Positions 15,001-29,363 of a stretch of DNA of 64,000 nt are shown here, one piece after another. The translations under genes were made by a program, and so were the position numbers. Origin of the DNA: Eledone cirrhosa. Its lineage: Eukaryota. Numbering within the stretch: position 1 is the stretch's first letter; each line of letters starts with the position of its first letter. The stretch is taken from assembly GCA_964016885.1 (NCBI GenBank), contig OZ024747.1, forward strand, positions 61,814,001-61,878,000, in the 5' to 3' direction. The notes below the pieces were generated by a model. That model ran no database searches, was not told the origin of the DNA, and saw nothing but the letters and a program-made list of their open reading frames with translations.

Positions 15001-18000
15001 AGCCTCGTTCTGGACTCAGCCTCGTTCTGGACTCAGCCTCGTTCTGGACGCAGCCTCGTTCTGGACTCAGCCTCGTTCTGAACTCAGCCTCGTTCTGGAC
15101 GCAGCCTCGTTCTGGACGCAGCCTCGTTCTGGACACAGCCTCGTTCTGAACTCAGCCTCGTTCTGGACACAGCCTCGTTCTGGACTCAGCCTCGTTCTGG
15201 ACTCAGCCTCGTTCTGGACGCAGCCTCGTTCTGGACGCAGCCTCGTTCTGGACGCAGCCTCGTTCTGGACGCAGCCTCGTTCTGGACGCAGCCTCGTTCT
15301 GGACTCAGCCTCGTTCTGGACGCAGCCTCGTTCTGGACTCAGCCTCGTTCTGGACACAGCCTCGTTCTGGACACAGCCTCGTTCTGAACTCAGCCTCGTT
15401 CTGGACACAGCCTCGTTCTGGACTCAGCCTCGTTCTCAACGCAGCCTCGTTCTGGACGCAGCCTCGTTCTGGACTCAGCCTCGTTCTGGACGCAGCCTCG
15501 TTCTGGACTCAGCCTCGTTCTGGACGCAGCCTCGTTCTGGACGCAACCTCGTTCTGGACGCAGCCTCGTTCTGGACTCAGCCTCGTTCTGGACTCAGCCT
15601 CGTTCTGGACACAGCCTCGTTCTGAACTCAGCCTCGTTCTAGTACACAGCCTCGTTCTGGACTCAGCCTCGTTCTGGACTCAGCCTCGTTCTGGACTCAG
15701 CCTCGTTCTGGACTCAGCCTCGTTCTGGACACAGCCTCGTTCTGGACACAGCCTCGTTCTGAACTCAACCTCGTTCTGGACACAGCCTCGTTCTGGACTC
15801 AGCCTCGTTCTGGACGCAGCCTCGTTCTGGACTCAGCCTCGTTCTGGACGCAGCCTCGTTCTGGACTCAGCCTCGTTCTGGACTCAGCCTCGTTCTGGAC
15901 TCAGCCTCGTTCTGGACTCAGCCTCGTTCTGGACGCAACCTCGTTCTGGACGCAGCCTCGTTCTGGACTCAGCCTCGTTCTGGAATCAGCCTCGTTCTGA
16001 ACTAGCCTCGTTCTGGACGCAGCCTCGTTCTGGACGCAGCCTCGTTTGGACTCAGCCTCGTTCTGGACACAGCCTTGTTCTGGACTCAGCCTCGTTCTGG
16101 ACTCAGCCTCGTTCTGGACTCAGCCTCGTTCTGGACTCAGCCTCGTTCTGGACTCAGCCTCGGTCTGGACACAGCCTCGTTCTGGACTCAGCCTCGTTCT
16201 GGACACAGCCTCGTTCTGGACGCAGCCTCGTTCTGAACTCAGCCTCGTTCTGGGCGCAGCCTCGTTCTGGACGCAGCCTCGTTTGGACTCAGCCTCGTTC
16301 TGGACACAGCCTCGTTCTGGACTCAGCCTCGTTCTGGACTCAGCCTCGTTCTGAACTCAGCCTCGTTCTGGACGCAGCCTCGTTCTGGACTCAGCCTCGT
16401 TCTGGACTCAGCCTCGTTCTGGACACAGCCTCGTTCTGGACTCAGCCTCTTTCTGGGCTCAGCCTCGTTCTGGACGCAGACTCGTTCTGGACGCAGCCTC
16501 GTTCTGGACGCAGCCTCGTTTTGGACGCAGCCTCGTTCTGGACTCAGCCTCGTTCTGGACGCAGCCTCGTTCTGGACTCAGCCTCGTTCTGGACTCAGCC
16601 TCGTTCTGGACTCAGCCTCGTTCTGAACTCAGCCTTGTTCTGGACTCAGCCTCGTTCTGGACTCAGCCTCGTTCTGGACGCAGCCTCGTTCTGGACGCAG
16701 CCTCGTTCTGGACTCAGCCTCGTTCTGGACGCAGCCTCGTTCTGGACTCAGCCTCGTTCTGGACGCAGCCTCGTTCTGGACTCAGCCTCGTTCTGGACTC
16801 AGCTTCGTTCTGGACTCAGCCTCGTTCTGGACGCAGCCTCGTTCTGGACTCAGCCTCGTTCTGGACTCAGCCTCGTTCTGGACTCAGCCTCGTTCTGGAC
16901 ACAGCCTCGTTCTGAACTCAGCCTCGTTCTGGACACAGCCTCGTTCTGGACTCAGCCTCGTTCTGGACTCAGCCTCGTTCTGGACTCAGCCTCGTTCTGG
17001 ACTCAGCCTCGTTCTGGACACAGCCTCGTTCTGGACACAGCCTCGTTCTGAACTCAGCCTCGTTCTGGACACAGCCTCGTTCTGGACTCAGCCTCGTTCT
17101 GGACGCAGCCTCGTTCTGGACTCAGCCTCGTTCTGGACGCAGCCTCGTTCTGGACTCAGCCTCGTTCCGGACTCAGCCTCGTTCTGGACTCAGCCTCGTT
17201 CTGGACACAGCCTCGTTCTGGACAAAGCCTCGTTCTGAACTCAGCCTCGTTCTGGACACAGCCTCGTTCTGGACTCAGCCTCGTTCTGGACTCAGCCTCG
17301 TTCTGAACTCAGCCTTGTTCTGGACTCAGCCTCGTTCTGGACTCAGCCTCGTTCTGGACACAGCCTCGTTCTGAACTCAGCCTCGTTCTGGACTCAGCCT
17401 CGTTCTGGTCTCAGCCTCGTTCTGGAATCAGCCTCGTTATGGACGCATCCTCGTTCTGGAATCAGCCTCGTTCTGGACACAGCCTCGTTCTGGACGCAGC
17501 CTCGTTCTGGACACAGCCTCGTTCTGGACACAGCCTCGTTCTGAACTCAGCCTCGTTCTGGAGACAGCCTCGTTCTGGACTCAGCCTCGTTCTGGACGCA
17601 GCCTCGTTCTGGACTCAGCCTCGTTCTGGACGCAGCCTCGTTCTGGACTCAGCCTCGTTCTGGACTCAGCCTCGTTCTGGACTCAGCCTCGTTCTGGACT
17701 CAGCCTCGTTCTGGACTCAGCCTCGTTCTGGACTCAGCCTCGTTCTGGACGCAGCCTCGTTCTGCACGCAGCCTCGTTCTGGACTCAGCCTCGTTCTGGA
17801 CTCAGCCTCGTTCTGGACACAGCCTCGTTCTGAACTCAGCCTCGTTCTGGTCTCAGCCTCGTTCTGGAATCAGCCTCGTTATGGACGCAGCCTCATTCTG
17901 GAATCAGCCTCGTTCTGGACGCAGCCTCGTTCTGAACTCAGCCTCGTTCTCGACGCAGCCTCGTTCTGGACTCAGCCTCGTTCTGGACTCAGCCTCGTTC

Positions 18001-21000
18001 TGGACGCAACCTCGGTCTGGACTCAGCCTCGTTCTGGACGCAGCCTCGTTCTGGACTCAGCCTCTTTCTGGACTCAGCCTCGTTCTGGACTCAGCCTCGT
18101 TCTGGACACAGCCTCGTTCTGAACTCAGCCTCGTTCTGGACACAGCCTCGTTCTGGACTCAGCCTCGTTCTGGACTCAGCCTCGTTCTGGACTCAGCCTC
18201 GTTCTGGACACAGCCTCGTTCTGGACACAGCCTCGTTCTGAACTCAGCCTCGTTCTGGACACAGCCTCGTTCTGGACTCAGCCTCGTTCTGGACGCAGCC
18301 TCGTTCTGGACTCAGCCTCGTTCTGGACGCAGCCTCGTTCTGGACTCAGCCTCGTTCTGGACTCAGCCTCGTTCTGGACTCAGCCTCGTTCTGGACACAG
18401 CCTCGTTCTGGACACAGCCTCGATCTGAACTCAGCCTCGTTCTGGACACAGCCTCGTTCTGGACTCAGCCTCGTTCTGGACTCAGCCTCGTTCTGGACTC
18501 AGCCTCGTTCTGGACGCAGCCTCGTTCTGGACTCAGCCTCGTTCTGAACTCAGCCTCGTTCTGGACGCAGCCTCGTTCTGGACGCAGCCTCGTTCTGGAC
18601 ACAGCCTCGTTCTGAACTCAGCCTCGTTCTGGACACAGCCTCGTTCTGGACTCAGCCTCGTTCTGGACTCAGCCTCGTTCTGGACGCAGCCTCGTTCTGG
18701 ACGCAGCCTCGTTCTGGACGCAGCCTCGTTCTGGACTCAGCCTCGTTCTGGACGCAGCCTCGTTCTGGAAGCAGCCTCGTTCTGGACTCAGCCTCGTTCT
18801 GGACGCAGCCTCGTTCTGGACTCAGCCTCGTTCTGGACGCAGCCTCGTTCTGGACTCAGCCTCGTTCTGGACTCAGCCTCGTTCTGGACTCAGCCTCGTT
18901 CTGGACTCAGCCTCGTTCTGGACACAGCCTCGTTCTGAACTCAGCCTCGTTCTGGACACAGCCTCGTTCTGGACTCAGCCTCGTTCTGGACTCAGCCTCG
19001 TTCTGGACTCAGCCTCGTTCTGGACCTAGCCTCGTTCTGGACGCAGCCTCGTTCTGGACGCAGCCTCGTTCTGGACTCAGCCTCGTTCTGGACGCAGCCT
19101 CGTTCTGGACTCAGCCTCGTTCTGGACGCAGCCTCGTTCTGGACTCAGCCTCGTTCTGGACTAAGCCTCGTTCTGGACTCAGCCTCGTTCTGGACACAGC
19201 CTCGTTCTGAACTCAGCCTCGTTCTGGACACAGCCTCGTTCTGGATTCAGCCTCGTTCTGGACTCAGCCTCGTTCTGGACTCAGCCTCGTTCTGGACTCA
19301 GCCTCGTTCTGGACACAGCCTCGTTCTGGACACAGCCTCGTTCTGAACTCAGCCTCGTTCTGGACACAGCCTCGTTCTGGACTCAGCCTCGTTCTGGACG
19401 CAGCCTCGTTCTGGACTCAGCCTCGTTCTGGACGCAGCCTCGTTCTGGACTCAGCCTCGTTCTGGACTCAGCCTCGTTCTGGACTCAGCCTCGTTCTGGA
19501 CACAGCCTCGTTCTGGACACAGCCTCGATCTGAACTCAGCCTCGTTCTGGACACAGCCTCGTTCTGGACTCAGCCTCGTTCTGGACTCAGCCTCGTTCTG
19601 GACTCAGCCTCGTTCTGGACGCAGCCTCGTTCTGGACTCAGCCTCGTTCTGAACTCAGCCTCGTTCTGGACGCAGCCTCGTTCTGGACGCAGCCTCGTTC
19701 TGGACACAGCCTCGTTCTGAACTCAGCCTCGTTCTGGACACAGCCTCGTTCTGGACTCAGCCTCGTTCTGGACTCAGCCTCGTTCTGGACGCAGCCTCGT
19801 TCTGGACGCAGCCTCGTTCTGGACGCAGCCTCGTTCTGGACTCAGCCTCGTTCTGGACGCAGCCTCGTTCTGGACGCAGCCTCGTTCTGGACTCAGCCTC
19901 GTTCTGGACGCAGCCTCGTTCTGGACTCAGCCTCGTTCTGGACTCAGCCTCGTTCTGGACGCAGCCTCGTTCTGGACTCAGCCTCGTTCTGGACTCAGCC
20001 TCGTTCTGGACTCAGCCTCGTTCTGGACACAGCCTCGTTCTGAACTCAGCCTCGTTCTGGACTCAGCCTCGTTCTGGACGCAACCTCGTTCTGGACTCAG
20101 CCTCGTTCTGGACTCAGCCTCGTTCTGGACGCAGCCTCGTTCTGGACTCAGCCTCGTTCTGGACGCAGCCTCGTTCTGGACTCAGCCTCGTTCTGGACGC
20201 AGCCTCGTTCTGGACTCAGCCTCGTTCTGGACTAAGCCTCGTTCTGGACTCAGCCTCGTTCTGGACACAGCCTCGTTCTGGACACAGCCTCGTTCTGAAC
20301 TCAGCCTCGTTCTGGACACAGCCTCGTTCTGGACTCAGCCTCGTTCTGGACTCAGCCTCGTTCTGGACTCAGCCTCGTTCTGGACTCAGCCTCGTTCTGG
20401 ACACAGCCTCGTTCTGGACACAGCCTCGTTCTGAACTCAGCCTCGTTCTGGACACAGCCTCGTTCTGGACTCAGCCTCGTTCTGGACGCAGCCTCGTTCT
20501 GGACTCAGCCTCGTTCTGGACGCAGCCTCGTTCTGGACTCAGCCTCATTCTGGACTCAGCCTCGTTCTGGACTCAGCCTCGTTCTGGACACAGCCTCGAT
20601 CTGAACTCAGCCTCGTTCTGGACACAGCCTCGTTCTGGACTCAGCCTCGTTCTGGACTCAGCCTCGTTCTGGACGCAGCCTCGTTCTGGACTCAGCCTCG
20701 TTCTGAACTCAGCCTCGTTCTGGACGCAGCCTCGTTCTGGACGCAGCCTCGTTCTGGACACAGCCTCGTTCTGAACTCAGCCTCGTTCTGGACACAGCCT
20801 CGTTCTGGACTCAGCCTCGTTCTGGACTCAGCCTCGTTCTGGACGCAGCCTCGTTCTGGACGCAGCCTCGTTCTGGACTCAGCCTCGTTCTGGACGCAGC
20901 CTCGTTCTGGACGCAGCCTCGTTCTGGACTCAGCCTCGTTCTGGACGCAGCCTCGTTCTGGACTCAGCCTCGTTCTGGACACAGCCTCGTTCTGGACACA

Positions 21001-24000
21001 GCCTCGTTCTGAACTCAGCCTCGTTCTGGACACAGCCTCGTTCTGGACTCAGCCTCGTTCTGGACGCAGCCTCGTTCTGGACGCAGCCTCGTTCTGGACT
21101 CAGCCTCGTTCTGGACGCAGCCTCGTTCTGGACTCAGCCTCGTTCTGGACGCAGCCTCGTTCTGGACGCAACCTCGTTCTGGACGCAGCCTCGTTCTGGA
21201 CTCAGCCTCGTTCTGGACTCAGCCTCGTTCTGGACACAGCCTCGTTCTGAACTCAGCCTCGTTCTAGTACACAGCCTCGTTCTGGACTCAGCCTCGTTCT
21301 GGACTCAGCCTCGTTCTGGACTCAGCCTCGTTCTGGACTCAGCCTCGTTCTGGACACAGCCTCGTTCTGGACACAGCCTCGTTCTGAACACAGCCTCGTT
21401 CTGGACTCAGCCTCGTTCTGGACGCAGCCTCGTTCTGGACTCAGCCTCGTTCTGGACGCAGCCTCGTTCTGGACTCAGCCTCGTTCTGGACTCAGCCTCG
21501 TTCTGGACTCAGCCTCGTTCTGGACTCAGCCTCGTTCTGGACGCAACCTCGTTCTGGACGCAGCCTCGTTCTGGACTCAGCCTCGTTCTGGAATCAGCCT
21601 CGTTCTGAACTAGCCTCGTTCTGGACGCAGCCTCGTTCTGGACGCAGCCTCGTTTGGACTCAGCCTCGTTCTGGACACAGCCTCGTTCTGGACTCAGCCT
21701 CGTTCTGGACTCAGCCTCGTTCTGGACTCAGCCTCGTTCTGGACTCAGCCTCGTTCTGGACTCAGCCTCGGTCTGGACACAGCCTCGTTCTGGACTCAGC
21801 CTCGTTCTGGACACAGCCTCGTTCTGGACGCAGCCTCGTTCTGAACTCAGCCTCGTTCTGGGCGCAGCCTCGTTCTGGACGCAGCCTCGTTTGGACTCAG
21901 CCTCGTTCTGGACACAGCCTCGTTCTGGACTCAGCCTCGTTCTGGACTCAGCCTCGTTCTGAACTCAGCCTCGTTCTGGACGCAGCCTCGTTCTGGACTC
22001 AGCCTCGTTCTGGACTCAGCCTCGTTCTGGACACAGCCTCGTTCTGGACTCAGCCTCTTTCTGGGCTCAGCCTCGTTCTGGACGCAGCCTCGTTCTGGAC
22101 GCAGCCTCGTTCTGGACGCAGCCTCGTTTTGGACGCAGCCTCGTTCTGGACTCAGCCTCGTTCTGGACGCAGCCTCGTTCTGGACTCAGCCTCGTTCTGG
22201 ACTCAGCCTCGTTCTGGACTCAGCCTCGTTCTGGACACAGCCTCGTTCTGGACACAGCCTCGATCTGAACTCAGCCTCGTTCTGGACACAGCCTCGTTCT
22301 GGACTCAGCCTCGTTCTGGACTCAGCCTCGTTCTGGACTCAGCCTCGTTCTGGACGCAGCCTCGTTCTGGACTCAGCCTCGTTCTGAACTCAGCCTCGTT
22401 CTGGACGCAGCCTCGTTCTGGACGCAGCCTCGTTCTGGACACAGCCTCGTTCTGAACTCAGCCTCGTTCTGGACACAGCCTCGTTCTGGACTCAGCCTCG
22501 TTCTGGACTCAGCCTCGTTCTGGACGCAGCCTCTTTCTGGACGCAGCCTCGTTCTGGACGCAGCCTCGTTCTGGACTCAGCCTCGTTCTGGACGCAGCCT
22601 CGTTCTGGAAGCAGCCTCGTTCTGGACTCAGCCTCGTTCTGGACGCAGCCTCGTTCTGGACTCAGCCTCGTTCTGGACGCAGCCTCGTTCTGGACTCAGC
22701 CTCGTTCTGGACTCAGCCTCGTTCTGGACTCAGCCTCGTTCTGGACTCAGCCTCGTTCTGGACACAGCCTCGTTCTGAACTCAGCCTCGTTCTGGACACA
22801 GCCTCGTTCTGGACTCAGCCTCGTTCTGGACTCAGCCTCGTTCTGGACTCAGCCTCGTTCTGGACCTAGCCTCGTTCTGGACGCAGCCTCGTTCTGGACG
22901 CAGCCTCGTTCTGGACTCAGCCTCGTTCTGGACGCAGCCTCGTTCTGGACTCAGCCTCGTTCTGGACGCAGCCTCGTTCTGGACTCAGCCTCGTTCTGGA
23001 CTAAGCCTCGTTCTGGACTCAGCCTCGTTCTGGACACAGCCTCGTTCTGAACTCAGCCTCGTTCTGGACACAGCCTCGTTCTGGATTCAGCCTCGTTCTA
23101 GACTCAGCCTCGTTCTGGACTCAGCCTCGTTCTGGACTCAGCCTCGTTCTGGACACAGCCTCGTTCTGGACACAGCCTCGTTCTGAACTCAGCCTCGTTC
23201 TGGACACAGCCTCGTTCTGGACTCAGCCTCGTTCTGGACGCAGCCTCGTTCTGGACTCAGCCTCGTTCTGGACGCAGCCTCGTTCTGGACTCAGCCTCGT
23301 TCTGGACTCAGCCTCGTTCTGGACTCAGCCTCGTTCTGGACACAGCCTCGTTCTGGACACAGCCTCGATCTGAACTCAGCCTCGTTCTGGACACAGCCTC
23401 GTTCTGGACTCAGCCTCGTTCTGGACTCAGCCTCGTTCTGGACTCAGCCTCGTTCTGGACGCAGCCTCGTTCTGGACTCAGCCTCGTTCTGAACTCAGCC
23501 TCGTTCTGGACGCAGCCTCGTTCTGGACGCAGCCTCGTTCTGGACACAGCCTCGTTCTGAACTCAGCCTCGTTCTGGACACAGCCTCGTTCTGGACTCAG
23601 CCTCGTTCTGGACTCAGCCTCGTTCTGGACGCAGCCTCGTTCTGGACGCAGCCTCGTTCTGGACGCAGCCTCGTTCTGGACTCAGCCTCGTTCTGGACGC
23701 AGCCTCGTTCTGGACGCAGCCTCGTTCTGGACTCAGCCTCGTTCTGGACGCAGCCTCGTTCTGGACTCAGCCTCGTTCTGGACTCAGCCTCGTTCTGGAC
23801 GCAGCCTCGTTCTGGACTCAGCCTCGTTCTGGACTCAGCCTCGTTCTGGACTCAGCCTCGTTCTGGACACAGCCTCGTTCTGAACTCAGCCTCGTTCTGG
23901 ACTCAGCCTCGTTCTGGACGCAACCTCGTTCTGGACTCAGCCTCGTTCTGGACTCAGCCTCGTTCTGGACGCAGCCTCGTTCTGGACTCAGCCTCGTTCT

Positions 24001-27000
24001 GGACGCAGCCTCGTTCTGGACTCAGCCTCGTTCTGGACGCAGCCTCGTTCTGGACTCAGCCTCGTTCTGGACTAAGCCTCGTTCTGGACTCAGCCTCGTT
24101 CTGGACACAGCCTCGTTCTGGACACAGCCTCGTTCTGAACTCAGCCTCGTTCTGGACACAGCCTCGTTCTGGACTCAGCCTCGTTCTGGACTCAGCCTCG
24201 TTCTGGACTCAGCCTCGTTCTGGACTCAGCCTCGTTCTGGACACAGCCTCGTTCTGGACACAGCCTCGTTCTGAACTCAGCCTCGTTCTGGACACAGCCT
24301 CGTTCTGGACTCAGCCTCGTTCTGGACGCAGCCTCGTTCTGGACTCAGCCTCGTTCTGGACGCAGCCTCGTTCTGGACTCAGCCTCATTCTGGACTCAGC
24401 CTCGTTCTGGACTCAGCCTCGTTCTGGACACAGCCTCGATCTGAACTCAGCCTCGTTCTGGACACAGCCTCGTTCTGGACTCAGCCTCGTTCTGGACTCA
24501 GCCTCGTTCTGGACGCAGCCTCGTTCTGGACTCAGCCTCGTTCTGAACTCAGCCTCGTTCTGGACGCAGCCTCGTTCTGGACGCAGCCTCGTTCTGGACA
24601 CAGCCTCGTTCTGAACTCAGCCTCGTTCTGGACACAGCCTCGTTCTGGACTCAGCCTCGTTCTGGACTCAGCCTCGTTCTGGACGCAGCCTCGTTCTGGA
24701 CGCAGCCTCGTTCTGGACTCAGCCTCGTTCTGGACGCAGCCTCGTTCTGGACGCAGCCTCGTTCTGGACTCAGCCTCGTTCTGGACGCAGCCTCGTTCTG
24801 GACTCAGCCTCGTTCTGGACACAGCCTCGTTCTGGACACAGCCTCGTTCTGAACTCAGCCTCGTTCTGGACACAGCCTCGTTCTGGACTCAGCCTCGTTC
24901 TGGACGCAGCCTCGTTCTGGACGCAGCCTCGTTCTGGACTCAGCCTCGTTCTGGACGCAGCCTCGTTCTGGACTCAGCCTCGTTCTGGACGCAGCCTCGT
25001 TCTGGACGCAACCTCGTTCTGGACGCAGCCTCGTTCTGGACTCAGCCTCGTTCTGGACTCAGCCTCGTTCTGGACACAGCCTCGTTCTGAACTCAGCCTC
25101 GTTCTAGTACACAGCCTCGTTCTGGACTCAGCCTCGTTCTGGACTCAGCCTCGTTCTGGACTCAGCCTCGTTCTGGACTCAGCCTCGTTCTGGACACAGC
25201 CTCGTTCTGGACACAGCCTCGTTCTGAACTCAGCCTCGTTCTGGACACAGCCTCGTTCTGGACTCAGCCTCGTTCTGGACGCAGCCTCGTTCTGGACTCA
25301 GCCTCGTTCTGGACGCAGCCTCGTTCTGGACTCAGCCTCGTTCTGGACTCAGCCTCGTTCTGGACTCAGCCTCGTTCTGGACTCAGCCTCGTTCTGGACG
25401 CAACCTCGTTCTGGACGCAGCCTCGTTCTGGACTCAGCCTCGTTCTGGAATCAGCCTCGTTCTGAACTAGCCTCGTTCTGGACGCAGCCTCGTTCTGGAC
25501 GCAGCCTCGTTTGGACTCAGCCTCGTTCTGGACACAGCCTCGTTCTGGACTCAGCCTCGTTCTGGACTCAGCCTCGTTCTGGACTCAGCCTCGTTCTGGA
25601 CTCAGCCTCGTTCTGGACTCAGCCTCGGTCTGGACACAGCCTCGTTCTGGACTCAGCCTCGTTCTGGACACAGCCTCGTTCTGGACGCAGCCTCGTTCTG
25701 AACTCAGCCTCGTTCTGGGCGCAGCCTCGTTCTGGACGCAGCCTCGTTTGGACTCAGCCTCGTTCTGGACACAGCCTCGTTCTGGACTCAGCCTCGTTCT
25801 GGACTCAGCCTCGTTCTGAACTCAGCCTCGTTCTGGACGCAGCCTCGTTCTGGACTCAGCCTCGTTCTGGACTCAGCCTCGTTCTGGACACAGCCTCGTT
25901 CTGGACTCAGCCTCTTTCTGGGCTCAGCCTCGTTCTGGACGCAGCCTCGTTCTGGACGCAGCCTCGTTCTGGACGCAGCCTCGTTTTGGACGCAGCCTCG
26001 TTCTGGACTCAGCCTCGTTCTGGACGCAGCCTCGTTCTGGACTCAGCCTCGTTCTGGACTCAGTCTCGTTCTGGACTCAGCCTCGTTCTGAACTCAGCCT
26101 TGTTCTGGACTCAGCCTCGTTCTGGACTCAGCCTCGTTCTGGACGCAGCCTCGTTCTGGACGCAGCCTCGTTCTGGACTCAGCCTCGTTCTGGACGCAGC
26201 CTCGTTCTGGACTCAGCCTCGTTCTGGACGCAGCCTCGTTCTGGACTCAGCCTCGTTCTGGACTCAGCTTCGTTCTGGACTCAGCCTCGTTCTGGACGCA
26301 GCCTCGTTCTGGACTCAGCCTCGTTCTGGACTCAGCCTCGTTCTGGACTCAGCCTCGTTCTGGACACAGCCTCGTTCTGAACTCAGCCTCGTTCTGGACA
26401 CAGCCTCGTTCTGGACTCAGCCTCGTTCTGGACTCAGCCTCGTTCTGGACTCAGCCTCGTTCTGGACTCAGCCTCGTTCTGGACACAGCCTCGTTCTGGA
26501 CACAGCCTCGTTCTGAACTCAGCCTCGTTCTGGACACAGCCTCGTTCTGGACTCAGCCTCGTTCTGGACGCAGCCTCGTTCTGGACTCAGCCTCGTTCTG
26601 GACGCAGCCTCGTTCTGGACTCAGCCTCGTTCCGGACTCAGCCTCGTTCTGGACTCAGCCTCGTTCTGGACACAGCCTCGTTCTGGACAAAGCCTCGTTC
26701 TGAACTCAGCCTCGTTCTGGACACAGCCTCGTTCTGGACTCAGCCTCGTTCTGGACTCAGCCTCGTTCTGAACTCAGCCTTGTTCTGGACTCAGCCTCGT
26801 TCTGGACTCAGCCTCGTTCTGGACACAGCCTCGTTCTGAACTCAGCCTCGTTCTGGACTCAGCCTCGTTCTGGTCTCAGCCTCGTTCTGGAATCAGCCTC
26901 GTTATGGACGCATCCTCGTTCTGGAATCAGCCTCGTTCTGGACGCAGCCTCGTTCTGAACTCAGCCTCGTTCTCGACACAGCCTTGTTCTGGACTCAGCC

Positions 27001-29363
27001 TCGTTCATGTCTCAGCCTCGTTCTGGACGCAGCCTCGTTCTGGACGCAGCCTCGTTCTGGACGCAGCCTCGTTCTAGACGCCGCCTCGATCTGGACGCAG
27101 CCTCGTTCTGGACTCAGCCTCGTTCTGGACGCAGCCTCGTTCTGGACTCAGCCTCGTTCTGGACTCAGCCTCGTTCTGGACTCAGCCTCGTTCTGGACCC
27201 AGCCTCGTTCTGGACTCAGCTTCGTTCTGGACTCAGCCTCGTTCTGGTCTCAGCCTCGTTCTGGACTCAGCCTCGTTCTCGACACAGCCTCGTTCTGGAC
27301 TCAGCCTCGTTCTGGACTCAGCCTCGTTCTGGACGCAACCTCGTTCTGGACGCAGCCTCGTTCTGGACTAAGCCTCATTCTGGACTCAGCCTCGTTCTGG
27401 ACTCAGCCTCGTTCTGGTCTCAGCCTCGTTCTGGACTCAGCCTCGTTCTCGACACAGCCTCGTTCTGGACTCAGCCTCGTTCTGGACTCAGCCTCGTTCT
27501 GGATGCAACCTCGTTCTGGACGCAGCCTCGTTCTGGACTCAGCCTCGTTCTGGACTCAGCTTCGTTCTGGACGCAGCCTCGTTCTGGACGCAGCCTCGTT
27601 CTGGACTCAGCCTCGTTCTGGACGCAGCCTCGTTCTGGACTCAGCCTCGTTCTGGACGCAGCCTCGTTCTGGACTCAGCCTCGTTCTGGACACAGCCTCG
27701 TTCTGGACTCAGCCTCGTTCTGGACTCAGCCTCGTTCTGGACTCAGCCTCATTCTGGACTCAGCCACGTTCTGGACACAGCCTCGTTCTGAACTCAGCCT
27801 CGTTCTGGACACAGCCTCGTTCTGGACTCAGCCTCGTTCTGGACGCAGCCTCGTTCTGGACTCAGCCTCGTTCTGGACGCAGCCTCGTTCTGGACTCAGC
27901 CTCGTTCTGGACTCAGCCTCGTTCTGGACTCAGCCTCGTTCTGGACACAGCCTCGTTCTGGACACAGCCTTGTTCTGAACTCAGCCTCGTTCTGGACACA
28001 GCCTCGTTCTGGACTCAGCCTCGTTCTGGACTCAGCCTCGTTCTGGACTCAGCCTCGTTCTGGACACAGCCTCGTTCTGGACACAGCCTCGTTCTGAACT
28101 CAGCCTCGTTCTGGACACAGCCTCGTTCTGGACTCAGCCTCGTTCTGGACTCAGCCTCGTTCTGGACTCAGCCTCGTTCTGGTCTTAGCCTCGTTCTGGA
28201 CTCAGCCTCGTTCTCGACACAGCCTCGTTCTGGACTCAGCCTCGTTCTGGACTCAGCCTAGTTCTGGACGCAACCTCGTTCTGGACGCAGCCTCGTTCTG
28301 GACTCAGCCTCGTTCTGGACTCAGCCTCGTTCTGGACGCAGCCTCGTTCTGGACGCAGCCTCGTTCTGCACTTAGCCTCGTTCTGGACGCAGCCTCGTTC
28401 TGGACTCAGCCTCGTTCTGGACTCAGCCTCGTTCTGGACTCAGCCTCGTTCTGGACTCAGCCTCGTTCTGGACTCAACCTCGTTCTGGACACAGCCTCGT
28501 TCTGGACACAGCCTCGATCTGAACTCAGCCTCGTTCTGGACACAGCCTCGTTCTGGACTCAGCCTCGTTCTGGACTCAGCCTCGTTCTGGACTCAGCCTC
28601 GTTCTGGACGCAGCCTCGTTCTGGACTCAGCCTCGTTCTGAACTCAGCCTCGTTTTGAACTCAGCCTCGTTCTGGACGCAGCCTCGTTCTGGACGCAGCC
28701 TCGTTTGGACTCAGCCTCGTTCTGGACACAGCCTCGTTCTGGACTCAGCCTCGTTCTGGACTCAGCCTCGTTCTGGACTCAGCCTCGTTCTGGACTCAGC
28801 CTCGGTCTGGACACAGCCTCGTTCTGGACTCAGCCTCGTTCTGGACGCAGCCTCGTTCTGGACACAGCCTCGTTCTGGACGCAGCCTCGTTCTGAACTCA
28901 GCCTCGTTCTGGGCGCAGCCTCGTTCTGGACGCAGCCTCGTTTGGACTCAGCCTCGTTCTGGACACAGCCTCGTTCTGGACTCAGCCTCGTTCTGGACTC
29001 AGCCTCGTTCTGGTCTCAGCCTCGTTCTGGAATCAGCCTCGTTATGGACGCAGCCTCGTTCTGGAATCAGCCTCGTTCTGGACTCAGCCTCGTTCTGGAC
29101 TCAGCCTCGTTCTGGACTCAGCCTCGTTCTGGACGCAGCCTCGTTCTGGACGCAGCCTCGTTCTGGACGCAGCCTCGTTCTGGACGCAGCCTCGTTCTGG
29201 ACGCAGCCTCGTTCTGGACGCAGCCTCGTTCTGGACGCAGCCTCGTTCTGGACTCAGCCTCGTTCTGGACTCAGCCTCGTTCTGGACGCAGCCTCGTTCT
29301 GGACTCAGCCTCGTTCTGGACTCAGCCTCGTTCTGGACTCAGCCTCGTTCTGAACTCAGCCTC
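1..29363. repeat. SatA: 17-bp tandem satellite, consensus GGACTCAGCCTCGTTCT, about 1,730 monomers, continues beyond the left edge
   Basis: Uninterrupted 17-bp periodicity. Main variants begin GGACT/GGACG/GGACA/GAACT; rare diagnostic variants recur at multi-kb spacing. Confidence 0.99.

Noticed and set aside
1-29363. AP-1/ARE (TGACTCAGC) sites in SatA
   Set aside because: The monomer has GGACTCAGC or GAACTCAGC, lacking the required TGA half-site.
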